A stretch of DNA of 64,000 bases. Source: Lobosporangium transversale (taxonomy: Eukaryota). The stretch lies in the NCBI RefSeq assembly GCF_002105155.1, contig NW_019029013.1:310001-374000 (forward strand), given 5' to 3'. Under the pieces are notes generated by a model, which worked only from the letters and a program-made list of their open reading frames with translations, was not told the origin of the DNA and did no database searches. Every line of letters starts with the position of its first letter. The stretch's first letter is position 1. The position numbers were made by a program, and so were the translations under genes. Below are positions 26,953 to 39,937 of the stretch, one piece after another.

Positions 26953-28997
26953 TTGAGCGAGCTTACGATTTCAATAAAGATATCGCCAATACACCAGTCA
27001 GCATCAAGAACCAGTAGCTCCTCTTGTTCTCCATTTTGACCCTGGACAGTAACTAAGACCTGATTCGGCTTGGTTTTACTTTCTGAAGACCCTTTTCGTC
27101 CTCCTTCTCCTCCTTGGCTAAGTTGGCGGTCTTCATTTACATCGTTCCGAGTGTTTTGGTCCGTTTCATCTTCGCTCTCCCAGCCTGTCGATAGAGTGTC
27201 ACCACATATCCGGGTTTCAAGCTGTGTCAGTAACAAAGTGTTGATCTGCAGGATCTCTGAAAAGTTGGAAAAAATCTCATTCACAGACTTCTTGGAAAGT
27301 AAAGGTGAAAGAGTCGAATTAGAACCCACAGTTGAGGACGCATAATAAAGTCCACTGCTAGTCGATGACATTGTATTCATGCTCGATCCTGCTCCAGCTG
27401 CCAGTCCATTCGTAGGCCCATTATTCAAGCTAAGGCTCGATGTCGTATGCATGCCATATAAATTATTCGTAGTCGCATAGGGCGCATTCAAAGGCTCGTG
27501 GAACAACGTCTGCAGAATAATCAATCCGTCTACATACGAACGTTCTGTTCTGAGTATCTCCAGAATAATCTTTTGCCGTTCCAGTGTCAAAGTCTTACTC
27601 GTGAGGACGGTGTTTGATGACAAAGACGACTTTGGCAAAGATCCTTTTGACATAAAAGTGTTAGATGGTGAAGCTGAGTTAACGGAGGATGTCATTGAGG
27701 ACCGTCGCAGAGCAAGGGGCGACTTTGTGTTCTTCACAGCCTTGGGAAGGGGTGGAGGCGGAGACGTTAAGCCTGAAGGATCTGAAGGTGTTGACGCGAG
27801 ATCCAAGAGATTTAAATTAGGATTATTGGAAGAGGCCAGGGATAAGTCTGGATGCGAGGCATTTGGCGTCATGGTGTAAAATGTACTGCTGGAGCTCTGG
27901 CGAGTATGTGCTGTGGGGCGGTATGAGTATGGGTTGTTATCCAAGTTTGTAGTTGAAGACGCATTAGATGCATTGTATTGGAAACTGCTCCTCTCTTCAC
28001 CCATACCACTGGACCCACCATCAAAATCGTTCTGCTGTGCCTCAGGCTCTGCAACATCTGGCAAGTCATATAAACGCCATCCAGGTTTTGGAAGAGGCAT
28101 TGATGCATGTCGGTTAGCCTTTTCGAGATTGGGACGCTTAACAAGATCGCTGTTATGCGAGGGATCGACACCTTCAGCAAAAGCCGAAGTAGAAGGGAGA
28201 GAGGATGATAATGAATCGCCTGTGATAGTGTTATTATTGGCTAGATACCCCTCAATTGTATAAAGAGGAGGTGTGGCGTGCATAACAATATGGCGAGGAT
28301 AGCTATTATTATTACTAGTAGTAGTATTATTATTGGAAGTGGTGGTCGTGTGAGAGATAGATGATGCAATAGGGGACTGAGATGGGCGCGAGGAAGTGGA
28401 TAGATCAGACGACGTTTGTATAGATGCCAATGAAGAAATTGATGTCGATGTCGTATCTGTCACAGGGATGGTGTGAGGCTGTAGACTGAGCCGTGTGCGT
28501 CTTGGCGACGCTGGGGTAGGTAAACCTGATAGATGCCCATCCAGAAGGTTAGGGGCAGATCCACTTGGGTTGAGCATCATCTTGCTGAGCCGATCGATCT
28601 TGGTTAGCCTTGAGCGTGCACTCCCACTGAAATTCCTTCGCTCTTTATGGTTCAACACGACACTCGGCGGAGAGTTCTGTGCTGTTGTCGACGAGGTCAA
28701 TGTTTCAGTGCGTGGGCGCTGGTTGAGCGTCATGACTGAGGTTGTCTCTGGTAATGCAGTGGAAGGTGATGCTCTGTTGGTAGGGAAAAGCCATGATTGA
28801 CGGATTGAAGGAGAGTGGTTTGCTCTCCCTCCGAGGCCTTTGTAGGGTCGGAGGCGCTGGTGGATGTTATAGGACTGAGTACTGTTTGTTTGTACTGGAG
28901 GTGGATGAGATGGAGATATAAAATGAGGGTGTTCAGGAGCCGGAGCTGTAATGACATCAGGGCCGACATGAGGCTCGGTCACGGCACTACTCTGCAT
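24023..28997 (-). CDS. FGD-like RhoGEF: DH-PH-FYVE plus a second degenerate FYVE; exons approx. 28997-26967, 26840-26733, 26620-25562, 25440-25111, 24997-24803, 24700-24023
   Basis: DH motifs EILRTERSYVDGL, APFLKMYSNYV and LMLPVQRIPRYKMLL, followed by a PH domain, FYVE WVPD...CMIC...RRKHHCRACGKVVC..C, and a second CxxC-rich unit. Confidence 0.9.
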
Positions 28998-31810
28998 GAT
29001 CCAAAGAGGGAAGGGATCAACAATGGGTAGTCTGTGCGCAAAATGATTAACTGATTACTAGTAGGGACAAAAAAAAAATGGGCACAATAAGCGAAGTGAT
29101 AGAAGTAAAAAGAGCTGGGTAGATGTGAAATTGATATGGCAGGAAGAGCAGGAAGAGACAAAAATCCGCGTTTGTGTAGCAATCAAGAACTGAGGTAATG
29201 TGGAACGATAGGATAAGCGTAGGTGCAGAAAAAACAAAATAACAATAATAAAAAAAGCGTTCTTACACCTTTCGTAGGCAGCAAATATGAAGTCAAATAA
29301 ACTGGATAAAATGTTTGTTCAGGGAGAGAGGGCAAAGTGGAAAGTGAAAAACAGGAATGAGTGTAGCAATGGTGAATGAGCCAATGAGGTAATAAATGAG
29401 GGCAGTTTCAAGGGTGCGGTGAGAGGGTTGGAGGGTTAGAGAAGTAAGGGTTGATGATATAACGGCTGCGACGTTGTGAGCAATTGATAAAAATGGGTGA
29501 AGTGGTAAGTAGAAGCAAGGAGGTGATTGTGTTCGTTGTAGTAAATAGTAAATGTTCAAAGAGGAAGAGACACAAGCAAACAGTTCTGTTTAGGACAGGT
29601 ATCATGCGAATCAATAAAAGTGAAAGTGAGCAGAAAAGAGAAAAGGAAAGAGGAAAAGAGAAGAAAGAAGAGAAGAGAAAAGGACAATAACAAAATGAAG
29701 AAAATGTTGATTGCAATGCAACCCTTTTTTTTTCCTTATGACCTTCGCCATGCCATGCGCTGGATACTGCGTAATGTAATAGTGGCATACATTATCATAG
29801 TCAGTTGGTCTCTTGATCACAAAATTCTATTCCTCCACGCTCTTTTATTAGTACTTTTGTATATTGTCCTTCTACTCTCAATGATTCTTGGATCTTTTCT
29901 TCGCTACTCAGCAGAGCATGCTGCAAATTCGATCGGGAATGGACAGTTTTTATAACATCATTACCAGTATACATTCTACACCCCTATTCATCGTGAACGA
30001 AAAGCAACTGAGCAAGAGCGACAATGACAGTGTGTGTTGTCCGTCTGTCAGTAATGCAACAAGCACGTTTGATCAGGCGGTGCGACCAAAAGGGGCTCAC
30101 TGGTTGACTGGCTGACTGACGTGGTATGAATAAATTTTAGCCATTGTGTGCCTGAACCTGACAAAGCACCACTGAATGACTCTCCTATTGAAAAAAAAAA
30201 AAAAAAAAAAAAAAAGAAAAGCAAGCATGACCAGCTTGATCACGGAATGGCCCTGTTAGATACATGAAGCCAAGCAGACGGATCATGTTGTTTCGAAAAA
30301 GGGAAATGGAAAATATTCTATCCCACTTACCCCCACCCATATAATCCCATAGGGGTCATCTTCTATGACCACACATGAACTCTGTTTATAAGGAGAGACA
30401 TAAACAGGGGGTTACTATGCTGCACCCTGTGCACAAAATCAAAATCATAGTCTTTTTTTGGCCCACTCATCATTCAGGGGTTATAAAAACCAAAATTGAC
30501 ATGTTTGTACACTAATTGCAGCCGGCGTTTGCTGTTGACCCTTTTGGTCCGGATGTAAATATGGGACGGACAATAAAATAAGCAAAGCAATGACGAAAAC
30601 CGTGGATCATCATTGACATCTCCAAAAGGAACAAAAAAAGCCGTTACTGTGTCCCTTTTTTTTCACATCAATATCAGAAAGAGGAGGGGAGTGTTCGAAT
30701 TCAAATAATCTCCCTTTATTGCGTAAAAAAAACCGATAAATATATGGCGATGAAAAGAAAAGGATAAATAAATAAGTATCAATTAGCATATCTATACCAT
30801 GATTCCTGCTTCCCCTCAATATCGAGCACTTTTGGCTACTCTAAAACGACAATCAGTCCAACTCTCCTTCTAGTCTATTCTCGCCAATGTAAACACTGAA
30901 ATGCGCATGGAGAATATTCTCTCCTCCAAAAAATATATATATATATATAAAAGGAGCGTCTTGCATCAATATAGCATGCCACGTTTAACTCCTGGTCACT
31001 CAGGTGCATCTAAACACTGTAACCTCAAGAGATGTTTTTTTTTTTTAACTCGAACTTGAGGTAAACGTAAATCAAGTTTGCCACGTGGCTGTAATACAAT
31101 AATACGTGATCTAATAATTGCGTCCTTGATATCTTTCTAGTCTCAGTAACAGCATACATTACGGCGGTGATTCAAGGCGACTCTGAGATCGGCCCCACAC
31201 TGCCCATCTTACAACGATAACTTCCTGACGGAATGTTCCCTCTACGTAGTTGTTTTTAGAGGCTTACAAAAAAAAGTTCTTCCATGTTTTAACTCTTTTG
31301 GTGCATTTATGCCCAACATTCATTTAGTATTTTGACATCAGTATCACAATGAAAGGTCTTTAAGATCATCTCCAAAAAGATCGCGACCTTCAGGTTCGAT
31401 TAAATGACACCAGTGCAACATTTTTTGAAGCCTTCACAGTGATTTGAGCTTTAGCAGCTCTAATATACATATATATGTATAAAAAAGAAATAGAAATAGG
31501 CAACAGAAGTTGAAGGTTCTTGTTCAAACACTACACCTCGACACCAACTTCCTAAACTTACTTGAAAATCAGCAAAACGCATATTTCCTCAAACATCCTA
31601 ACAGCGAGTTTTTTTAATTATCAACTTCTGAGGAGTGTGAGTAATTGATTGAATGTGGCCGAACTGATAAACCATGTCAACCCAACCATTTATTCATCAG
31701 AAGGTTGAACAATAAAAGAATCAAGGATTCTCCCATAGAAATAAGAGTGATTACATGCCAGCCGTACAAAATTCTCTTGCCGAGGAGGATCAGCAAAAGT
31801 ATAGAACATG

Positions 31811-31882
31811 TGCCCACTGCAGGGATCGAACCTGCTACCTTTTGCTTACTAGGCAAACGCTCTACCAATGAGCTAAGCGGGC
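31811..31882 (-). tRNA. tRNA-Thr (AGT)
   Basis: Reverse complement GCCCGCTTAGCTCATTGGTAGAGCGTTTGCCTAGTAAGCAAAAGGTAGCAGGTTCGATCCCTGCAGTGGGCA folds as a full cloverleaf with anticodon arm TTTGC-CT AGT AA-GCAAA. A T4 terminator follows. Confidence 0.96.
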
Positions 31883-32178
31883 TTGTTATTTCGGCTTCTT
31901 TTAATTGAATTCATAAAACTTACTTACAACTTCACGTGACTAATATACGCGCATCACGTGCTATGAATGTTAACAGAAAAAATTGAAGTTGAACAGAAAC
32001 TATGGTCTGTGCGAGACATTTACCATGGAGTGAGGACGCACAACAGACTAAGTAAAGAACTCTTAAACTCTTCTCCGATCCATCAAGTCGGACGCTACAT
32101 TAACACTGCCCCTCTCTTAACACCCCTTACACACCCTACGTTAGCGCACAAGAGTGCAAAAGTATTTATCAACCCAAG

Positions 32179-33962
32179 ATGTCTGGGGCTGAAAAAATTC
32201 AACTCCATCATCGACAAGATGATGGAGAATCAAGCAGAATGAACAATTTCAAAAAACAAAAACTTCCCCTTGACGGCCAAGACGCGCAAAAACCAAGCCA
32301 AAGTATTGGGGCCACCACCCCAATTGCAATGAATTCCACTCAACGCTGTTCTTATAATCCCAAAAAGGGACTAAAACAAATGCAAGTTGATCAAGAGCGC
32401 GCTGCTACCGAGACAGCAATTGACGAAGACGACGAAGAAATGGATGACGAAACAGAGTGGATCGAAGTTCAGAGAACTAAGGAAAGGTTTTTCGTGGCCA
32501 CGGCTCCTGTGGATCTGATCTATGGCGACACCTGCGCTATGAAAAGAGATGAACTCCAGCAGATCCTCATTCACCAAGGCATCCACTGCACGGAGGGACC
32601 AACCCGTATCAAGAATAAGGACGGACAAAAAGTTTTTCGCGTCGCCGTTGAAACGCTGGGTGACCTAGAGAACCTGCTGGAACTCACTCACCATAAAGAA
32701 GACGAAGAAAACGGAACATCTTCGGAGCAGCCTATCTTCACCAGAGTCGATCAGGACCAACGCATCACAGAACAGGATAGATCAGTTGAAATTTACGGTC
32801 TTCATCCCAGGACTGATGATTTCAGGATCAAATCAGCGATGGCTCAGTTTGGCGAAGTGGAAAAAATTGTAACTCGTCCATGCAAAAATGGTATCAAAAT
32901 TGTGGCAAGAGTTCTCTTTAGACAAGAGGAGAGTGTAAAGAAAATCCAAGCGGAAAAGAAAAAGTGGGTTTTCGTTGTAGAGATCTTGCTCGTTTAAGTA
33001 CAATTGGAAAGGAGAAAGTAGTGTGGGAACTGCGTTATGTCGCAAAGCTGTCTCAACTCCCTATGGGAACAACGCCTTTGGACTTGAAAGAGATCCTGGG
33101 CGAAAATAAGGCTGAGTTTTTAATTATCCCAAGGATTTTCTCGAAAGAGGGTAAATACACAAAGACTTTACGTGAAGCATTCGTTTATTTCTCATCAGAA
33201 GCAGACATGGTTAGCTGCATGGAGATTCCCATTAAAGTAGGTGGGAAAGAAACTATGTGGGGAGATAAAGAAGACAAAAGATGTAGAGAGTGCGGTGAAC
33301 TAGGCCATATTCAAAGGGTGTGCACAATTTACATTGAAAGAATGAAGACTAAGGCCCACATCCAGGCAGTGAAAGAGTACCAAAGAGGTGGAGCGCTTAA
33401 GGTCACGGCTAACCGTACATTTGCACAGATCATTGGAAGTAGCAGCCAAAATGGAGAACAGACACAGAGACAAAGCGAATTGCAAAATGGACCGCAAAGT
33501 GGACTGCAGAATGGACAAAACAGCGGACCACAACAAAATAAGCAACAACAGCCTGGACAGCAGCATAATGGACAAAATAAAGCTATGCAAAATGTATTGG
33601 AAAAGAAAATTGGACAACTTCAAGAGACTATCGTTAGAATGCAACAGGAGCAATTACAGCTTGCGCAGACCAATCAGATGTTGATGTCTATAGTGATTCA
33701 AATACTCTCAAAGAATATGGGCATCACTGTCCCTAAGGAATAGCTAATGGCAGTCGGTCTGAGCGCAGACACAAGTCGCAGCGCGATGAAGTCAAAGAAA
33801 GGCCAGAACTCCAGTGGACTAGCTATCCCAGACACGAACGAGACTTTGGCCGCTATTATGGCGCTAATGGGCCCACCCAGGGCTGCTGAAAAAACAGTAC
33901 CATTGCCATCAAAGCCTGTAGTGATAATTGGACAATCCTCAAAACCTTCCTTAAATGAGTAA
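32179..33962 (+). CDS. LINE ORF1 (RRM-like domains, CCHC zinc knuckle, Gln-rich coiled coil), interrupted by a frameshift at about 32977 and TAG at 33741-33743
   Basis: RRM-like SVEIYGLHP...MAQFGEVEKI and knuckle CRECGELGHIQRVC. Three ORF pieces (32179-32997, 32964-33743, 33744-33962) join into one protein. Confidence 0.85.
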
Positions 33963-36900
33963 TACGTCTAACATAGTAACATGTAGGACAGTAAATAGAG
34001 ATGGAAAGAATGATGGATTGAAGTTAGGAACCTTCAATACACAGGGAATTTTAACAGCTGGAAAATTGGAAACACTTTGTCATTGGGGAGAGTCAGAAGA
34101 GTATGATGTTATTGCGTTACAAGAGACAAATATGAATCATGGTGCGAAAATAGCAGCAGACTATATAAAACAAGAAAGTTATAAATTTTGGTGGTTAACA
34201 GGTGAGGAAGGGAAAACGCGAGGTACGGGAGTCGGCCTCATTATCCACAAGTGGCTATGGGTACATGCTGGGAGAATATCCTCATGTGGAAGCAGAGGGC
34301 AGTCTAGAGATTTTAATTTCAAAGGACAATTAAAGCTTCGGGTGATTAATTGTTATGTACCCAGTGAAGATAGAACGAATCGTGAAAAGGAAAAGCAGCG
34401 CAGAGAATTAAGCGAGTGGCTCAAAGGAGAATGTATTAGTGCAAGAGCAGAACGCAGGGAGGTAATTGTTATGGGAGATTTCAATGGGGTATGCAATCCC
34501 AGGATTGACAGAAAAAACTGCACAAGGACCAGCACCAATCCAGAAACCGATATCCTAAAATGGCTACAAACAGAGCAATTCTACGACACCTACAGGGCGT
34601 TACACCCAACAACACAAGACTTTACATGCCAAGGTGTCAGCCGAATTGACATGATCTTTACAGATAGCTTGTTGGTGGGCAAGCTTGTGTATGTTGATCA
34701 CAGTTCGGTTGATGGAGTCTCGTCGGACCATAAAATGGTGACGGCCAATATCACAATCCAAGCACTCATCCACAAGGCAGATCCTCTTAAGTACAAGAAA
34801 CCCAAAGGCTTCCGCTTTCAATTTCGAGACATTAACAAGACACAGTGGGATGATTTTGAAAATGCCTTAAACATGGCTCTCGACGATCAGGAGAAAATGA
34901 GGAATCTTGGACTCAAATATGAGAACCAAAATGAAGGCAGAATAACTCCGGAAGAATTAGAGAAGGTAAAGGTGGAACAAGCGTGGCGCTGGTACTCAAA
35001 AACAGTGCTTCGCTGTGCAAAAGCGACCCTACCAGGTAAAACAGTAGGTAGATCAGGGGTGAAACCTCAAGCAGAACTCTCGATCTTACACTTAGTGCGG
35101 GACCTAAGCAAGATCAAGCAAGCAACGGTGGCAATTAGACGGAGAAGACGAACCGATCTAGAGGATAGTGCAAGAGAATATCTAGAGGCGGAGCGGATCA
35201 AATTCAACAACCACGCGAAATGGATGAGGGAAGAAACGGAAAGAGGAATGGAGGATCTAGGCGAGGTGCCTGGGTGGAACGCAGATGAAGAAGAATGGGA
35301 GACATGGAGCAAGGGTATCAAGAAAAGATGGGTACAGGCAATATCGGAGATGCAGACAGAGAGGCGTTTAGAAAAAGCATCGAAGATGACAGAGTGGATT
35401 GAACAGAGATGCGGACAGCTGCTTACGGCGACAGGTCGGATGATTGATAAGTTGTTAGGTAGAGGACATGGAAGAGTCATACTGGACAGGATTCAAGTAC
35501 AGGAGGACGGTGACACTTTCAACATTCTTGAGCCAGAAGGTATTAAAAGGCACGTCAGAGAATGGTTTCAAAAGTGGCACGGTCCCAGGCCTGCAAAACC
35601 TCTGGAACAAGGAACACGCTGGGAAAGACAATACGCACCACACGAAAGGATCAAGGAAGAATGGTATGATGGGCTCATGAGCCCACCTTCATGGGAGGAA
35701 TTTATGGTAGTGATCCAAGAGACACCAAAGAACAAAGCACCAGGAGTATCAGGCACCACGAACGATTTATTTCAACATCAAGGCCAAGTCGGACATAACA
35801 TTCTTTTCCAGATTGTTGGTGCCACAATAGTCCAAGAAACAATACCAAAGGATTGGAAAACTGGACTATTGTATTGCATCCCAAAGGCAGCAGAATGGTC
35901 AGGAAGCATGGCGGAAGTCAGGCCGATTGCGCTTCTAGAACATGCAAGAAAAATCATGTTCACAGTTCTAACCAATAGACTTAGTGAAATGATGCGGCGT
36001 CATAACATCTTGCGGGGGCCTAACTTTTCTGTCTTAAAAGGAACGACGACAAAGGACCCAATTCATATCCTCCAAGCAGCAATGGAAGATGCTAGAGAGT
36101 TTCGCAAGGAGCAATGGATAGTGTTCCAAGATATGAAAAGGTGTTTTGATTCGGTCAATTGTGCTTCCGATGGTATGTTGTCCAGAGGGCTACGTCGCTT
36201 ACGAGTTCCAGAGGCATTTATCAGGTTGTGTGAGAACATCGCTGTTACCAAGGTCAATAGAGTTATTACAGAATACGGGCTTACGAAAGAGTACCGCCCA
36301 GAATGCGGTCTGGATCAAGGAGGCGTAGAGTGCCCTTTACTCTGGCGAATAGCTTATGATCCACTACTATGTGAAGTTATGGACCACATGAAGGGATACA
36401 GAATAGAGGGCCCTCCAGATACACCTCAGCTCGCATGTCTGGCTTTTGTGGACGACACGACATGGATATCTGACTCCAAGCAACATGTACAGGATATACT
36501 AGATGTCGCCACGTCCTTTTTTGTTCTTAACGGGGTCGAAATCAATGCGAAAAAGACGCAGGTGCTAACACTAAACAGCAAGCTCAACGATAACAATAAT
36601 CTCCATTTTGGTACACCGGCAGAAGAAATCCGCCCGCTGGGCAAAGATGACCCTGTCCGGATACTAGGTGTCTGGGTAACAGCCAGAGGGTCGGTGAAGA
36701 CAACAGAGAACATTGTAGAAAGAGAAGTCACGTCAATGTGTAGTATTCTCTCCTCAAAAGCAGTAACCGACAAACAGACAGCATATCTCATCAATAACGT
36801 CCTCATACCCAAGGTGCTTTATAGGATTTCGGCACAGATACTTCCCCCTTCTTTTGTGAGACGAATGACAGGTAAGTATATGAAGCTATGTAAGAGCAAA

Positions 36901-39900
36901 GCACGTATGCCGTCAACCACACCCAACAGCATAATGCATCACCCTAGATTCTATGCAATTAAAAACTTAGAAGACGCACAGACAGAGGAGCAGATATCAA
37001 CCCTATTCCTACGCCTAAATGACAATGAGTTGATGGGACGTATCTGTAGAGCACGTCTCATTGCCCTCCAGAAGCGCCTTAGGACGAGCAAGCTCCCAAC
37101 TGCAGAGCCGCACAAAATAAAAGCATACAAACACAACTTCGCATCAAGCGTCTGTAAACTAATGGCCGATCGACAAGTGAAGTTTGACTTGCAACTAGCA
37201 AACGATTTTGGGCTCCCTGGAAATGCTCTCAATATAGCAGACATGCTTCATGGCATTGTGGATGACCAGCCTGTGCGGAAATTAGCAGCAAGAGGAATAT
37301 ATTATGCTGAGCAAACTCTAGACGAGGATTCGTCACTCAAATCCTGGAATGAGGTACGTACGAAAAGGAGAGACCCAAAGGCATCTCCAGCATGGTTCCA
37401 CAATGTTCAAAATGCCCTTCATGAGTCCCTTTACACACACAACTTTATCGAAGTATGGTGTAGAGACAAAAAGAACATTCTTCAGAGACTAGACGAAGAG
37501 GAAGAGAGAGATTTAAGGGAGCTCCAACAGCTAAATGAGGCTGAAAACAATGAGAGAGCAGATGAACTACTCACAGAAGACAATATGTTGGAGGGGCAGC
37601 CCACTGAGGGTGATGAGGATGATGAAGTTGGATATATAAGTTACCTCAGTGACGTGGAAGACCCCAGAGAGCCACTTGATCCCCTAAGTGTAGAACAGCG
37701 GGAGGAAAGAGAAAGAAGAGCACAGTGTTACATACAAGAGGGTATGCAGGAGTATGAAGGATACACTGAGTCTGATCGCGAACTCCAAAAAGAATACTTG
37801 CGAGAAAATTTTGAAAAAAGAGAGCGTTTGAGAGAAAAAGAGCGCGAAGCTAACGAGAGGCATAGGCTGTGGAAAGATCCTCAAGGAAGGAAAATGTTAC
37901 AATTTCGCGACCGTTTGGAAAGAGGGAAGAGGGAGCAATGGTTGCTAAGAAAAATAGAGCAAGAGAGGAAAAAAGAAGAGGCGGAGAGAAGGAGAGTGTG
38001 GCGACGTGAACAGTGGGTGCAAGCCAAGCAAGAAGCCGCACACTCGAAGGCTATCGAAAGAGCTCGCCGTCAAGAACGCCTACGGTTACAGGCTAGGTTT
38101 CAAAGGCTCGATGAACAAGGAAGAAGAGAACAGCGACGACGAGCGGCTTTCAACCGAGCAAGACGTAGAGCACAAGAGCGAAACAAGATACGTGGATGCC
38201 ATGAACTCGATGAACAAGCTCTCAATAGGAGGCTCAGGACTCCTCAAGAACAAGGAATAATAAAATCCCAGAGGGTCATCATCGGTGGTTTGGCTCCTCT
38301 GAGTGCCTAGGTGTAGAGATCCCACAGGTTGACATGGACAATATACTGCGTCAAAGAGAGAAACTATCAACGATGAGTCAGCTAACGCTTTACTTCGATG
38401 GGTCCCTTGAAGAGGCAGGAAGAAGGGCGGCGCGGATGGCTTTCGGAGTGGTGGCTCAGATAGGCCCAGAAAGCTTCTCAAATGTAGTTTCAGGTAGAGT
38501 CGATGGGTATGCTTCATCCACCAAGGCAGAGCTAGTAGGACTGTACGCAGCCATCCTAGTCAGTCCCCGTAACGTTCCAACGACTGTCTACATAGACAAC
38601 ATGGCGGTAGTGGTTCAGTTCAAGGACCTTGCTCAAAAGCGAGAAGCAAGCACTGAACGGCAGCGATTGCGATCCAAGTACGCAGTGTGGTGGGCAGCCA
38701 TTTCGAGAGCGCTCTTTAAGCAGGGCGGGAAGGTAACTGTGAAATGGATCAAGGGCCATGCTGGGAATAGAGGCAATATAAGGGCAGACCAAGCCGCCAA
38801 AGATGCCCATTTTAGCGAAATGTGGACAATCAAAGACTGGAACACAACGATCTGCGCTGTCACGCTATTTTCGAGAACGAGGTGGTGGAGGATGATCTTA
38901 GACACCTGCTAAAACTCCAATCAGCAGTGAGAACACATTACTTGTGGGCGTCTCAGAACAGAGTCAGGAATTATATTGCAGACTGGCGAGAAGTAGAATG
39001 GAAAGCAAGCCTGCATATTCTTCACGATGGCAACACGCCTAGAGGCCTCTTCACCAGCCCAGCAGATTGTCACAAGAGAGCGCACAGAATAAAGAAGGTC
39101 CATGGTATGCTTCCTACACTCACTTATATGAGGCAGTGGCGACCGGACCTGTATGAGACTGACATCTGCAGGATGTGTGAACAGGAGCAGGAGGACATAG
39201 AACACCTCTGGCGATGTCCCATGACACTGGACGAGCAATTGAAAGGTTGGAAGCAGGCCATAGAACTCATCACGAAGGATGGCAAAAGAGCATTAGTGAA
39301 GGAGAAGAAGCTCTGGGAAGACAAACAAGGGAAAACACAGGAGCCAAACCTGAATAAAGGAGGCCCCTCGTTTACACCTGTAGCCGACAACGTGATTTGG
39401 GGCTCTTTGGAAGCGATGTTCAAGGGCGTCAGAGAGATTCGACATGCGAGCACTCTGTTTGGTGAGGAAGATGTGGATATGGGACGGAGGAACGAGGGTG
39501 AGCATGCCCACTGGACTGTCCAAGACTTGTACCACGGTTTGGTGCCGAAGGAACTGATACAAAAATGGAAGACGATCTTCAGAACCACAGCATCGATCTC
39601 AAGGTACATTGTTTGCCGCTTTGTCAAGTCAATCGAGGAACTCGGCAGGACTGAAATCTGGAACAGACGCTGCAAAGTCACCGTCAACTGGGAAAGAGAA
39701 AATGGCATCACCTCTGTGAGCAAACGCGCCAGGGGACGCAACTGTGTTGGGAGGCACAGACGTAGCAGAGGTGAATTCTTTGGCTCTCACCAGGGACAAC
39801 GACGAACAGCAGATGTGAAGGCGATCAGGACTGAGGCAGACCGGCGAGTGGCGGCAAGCTACCGGCAGCAGGTGGAATTGGCGATTATGGAGCGCCTGGA

Positions 39901-39937
39901 AAGCTGCAAATTTTTGATGATTGAGGACAGCGGCTAA
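33955..39937 (+). CDS. LINE ORF2 polyprotein: APE endonuclease, reverse transcriptase, E/R-rich helical insert, RNase H, C-terminal CCHC; frameshifts at about 38260-38290 and about 38840
   Basis: APE motifs LQET, GDFN, RID, SDH. RT motifs KAPG, RPIALL, DMKRCFDSV, GLDQG, AFVDD, ILGV. RNase H motifs YFDGS, KAEL, YIDN, WIKGHAGNRGNIRAD. C-terminal CRMCEQEQEDIEHLWRC. Confidence 0.93.

Noticed and set aside
32017..32028. Possible TSD of the full-length LINE (CATTTACCATGG versus TACTTGTCATGG at 40206)
   Set aside because: Four of 12 positions mismatch, which is inconsistent with a young element whose relatives have perfect TSDs.
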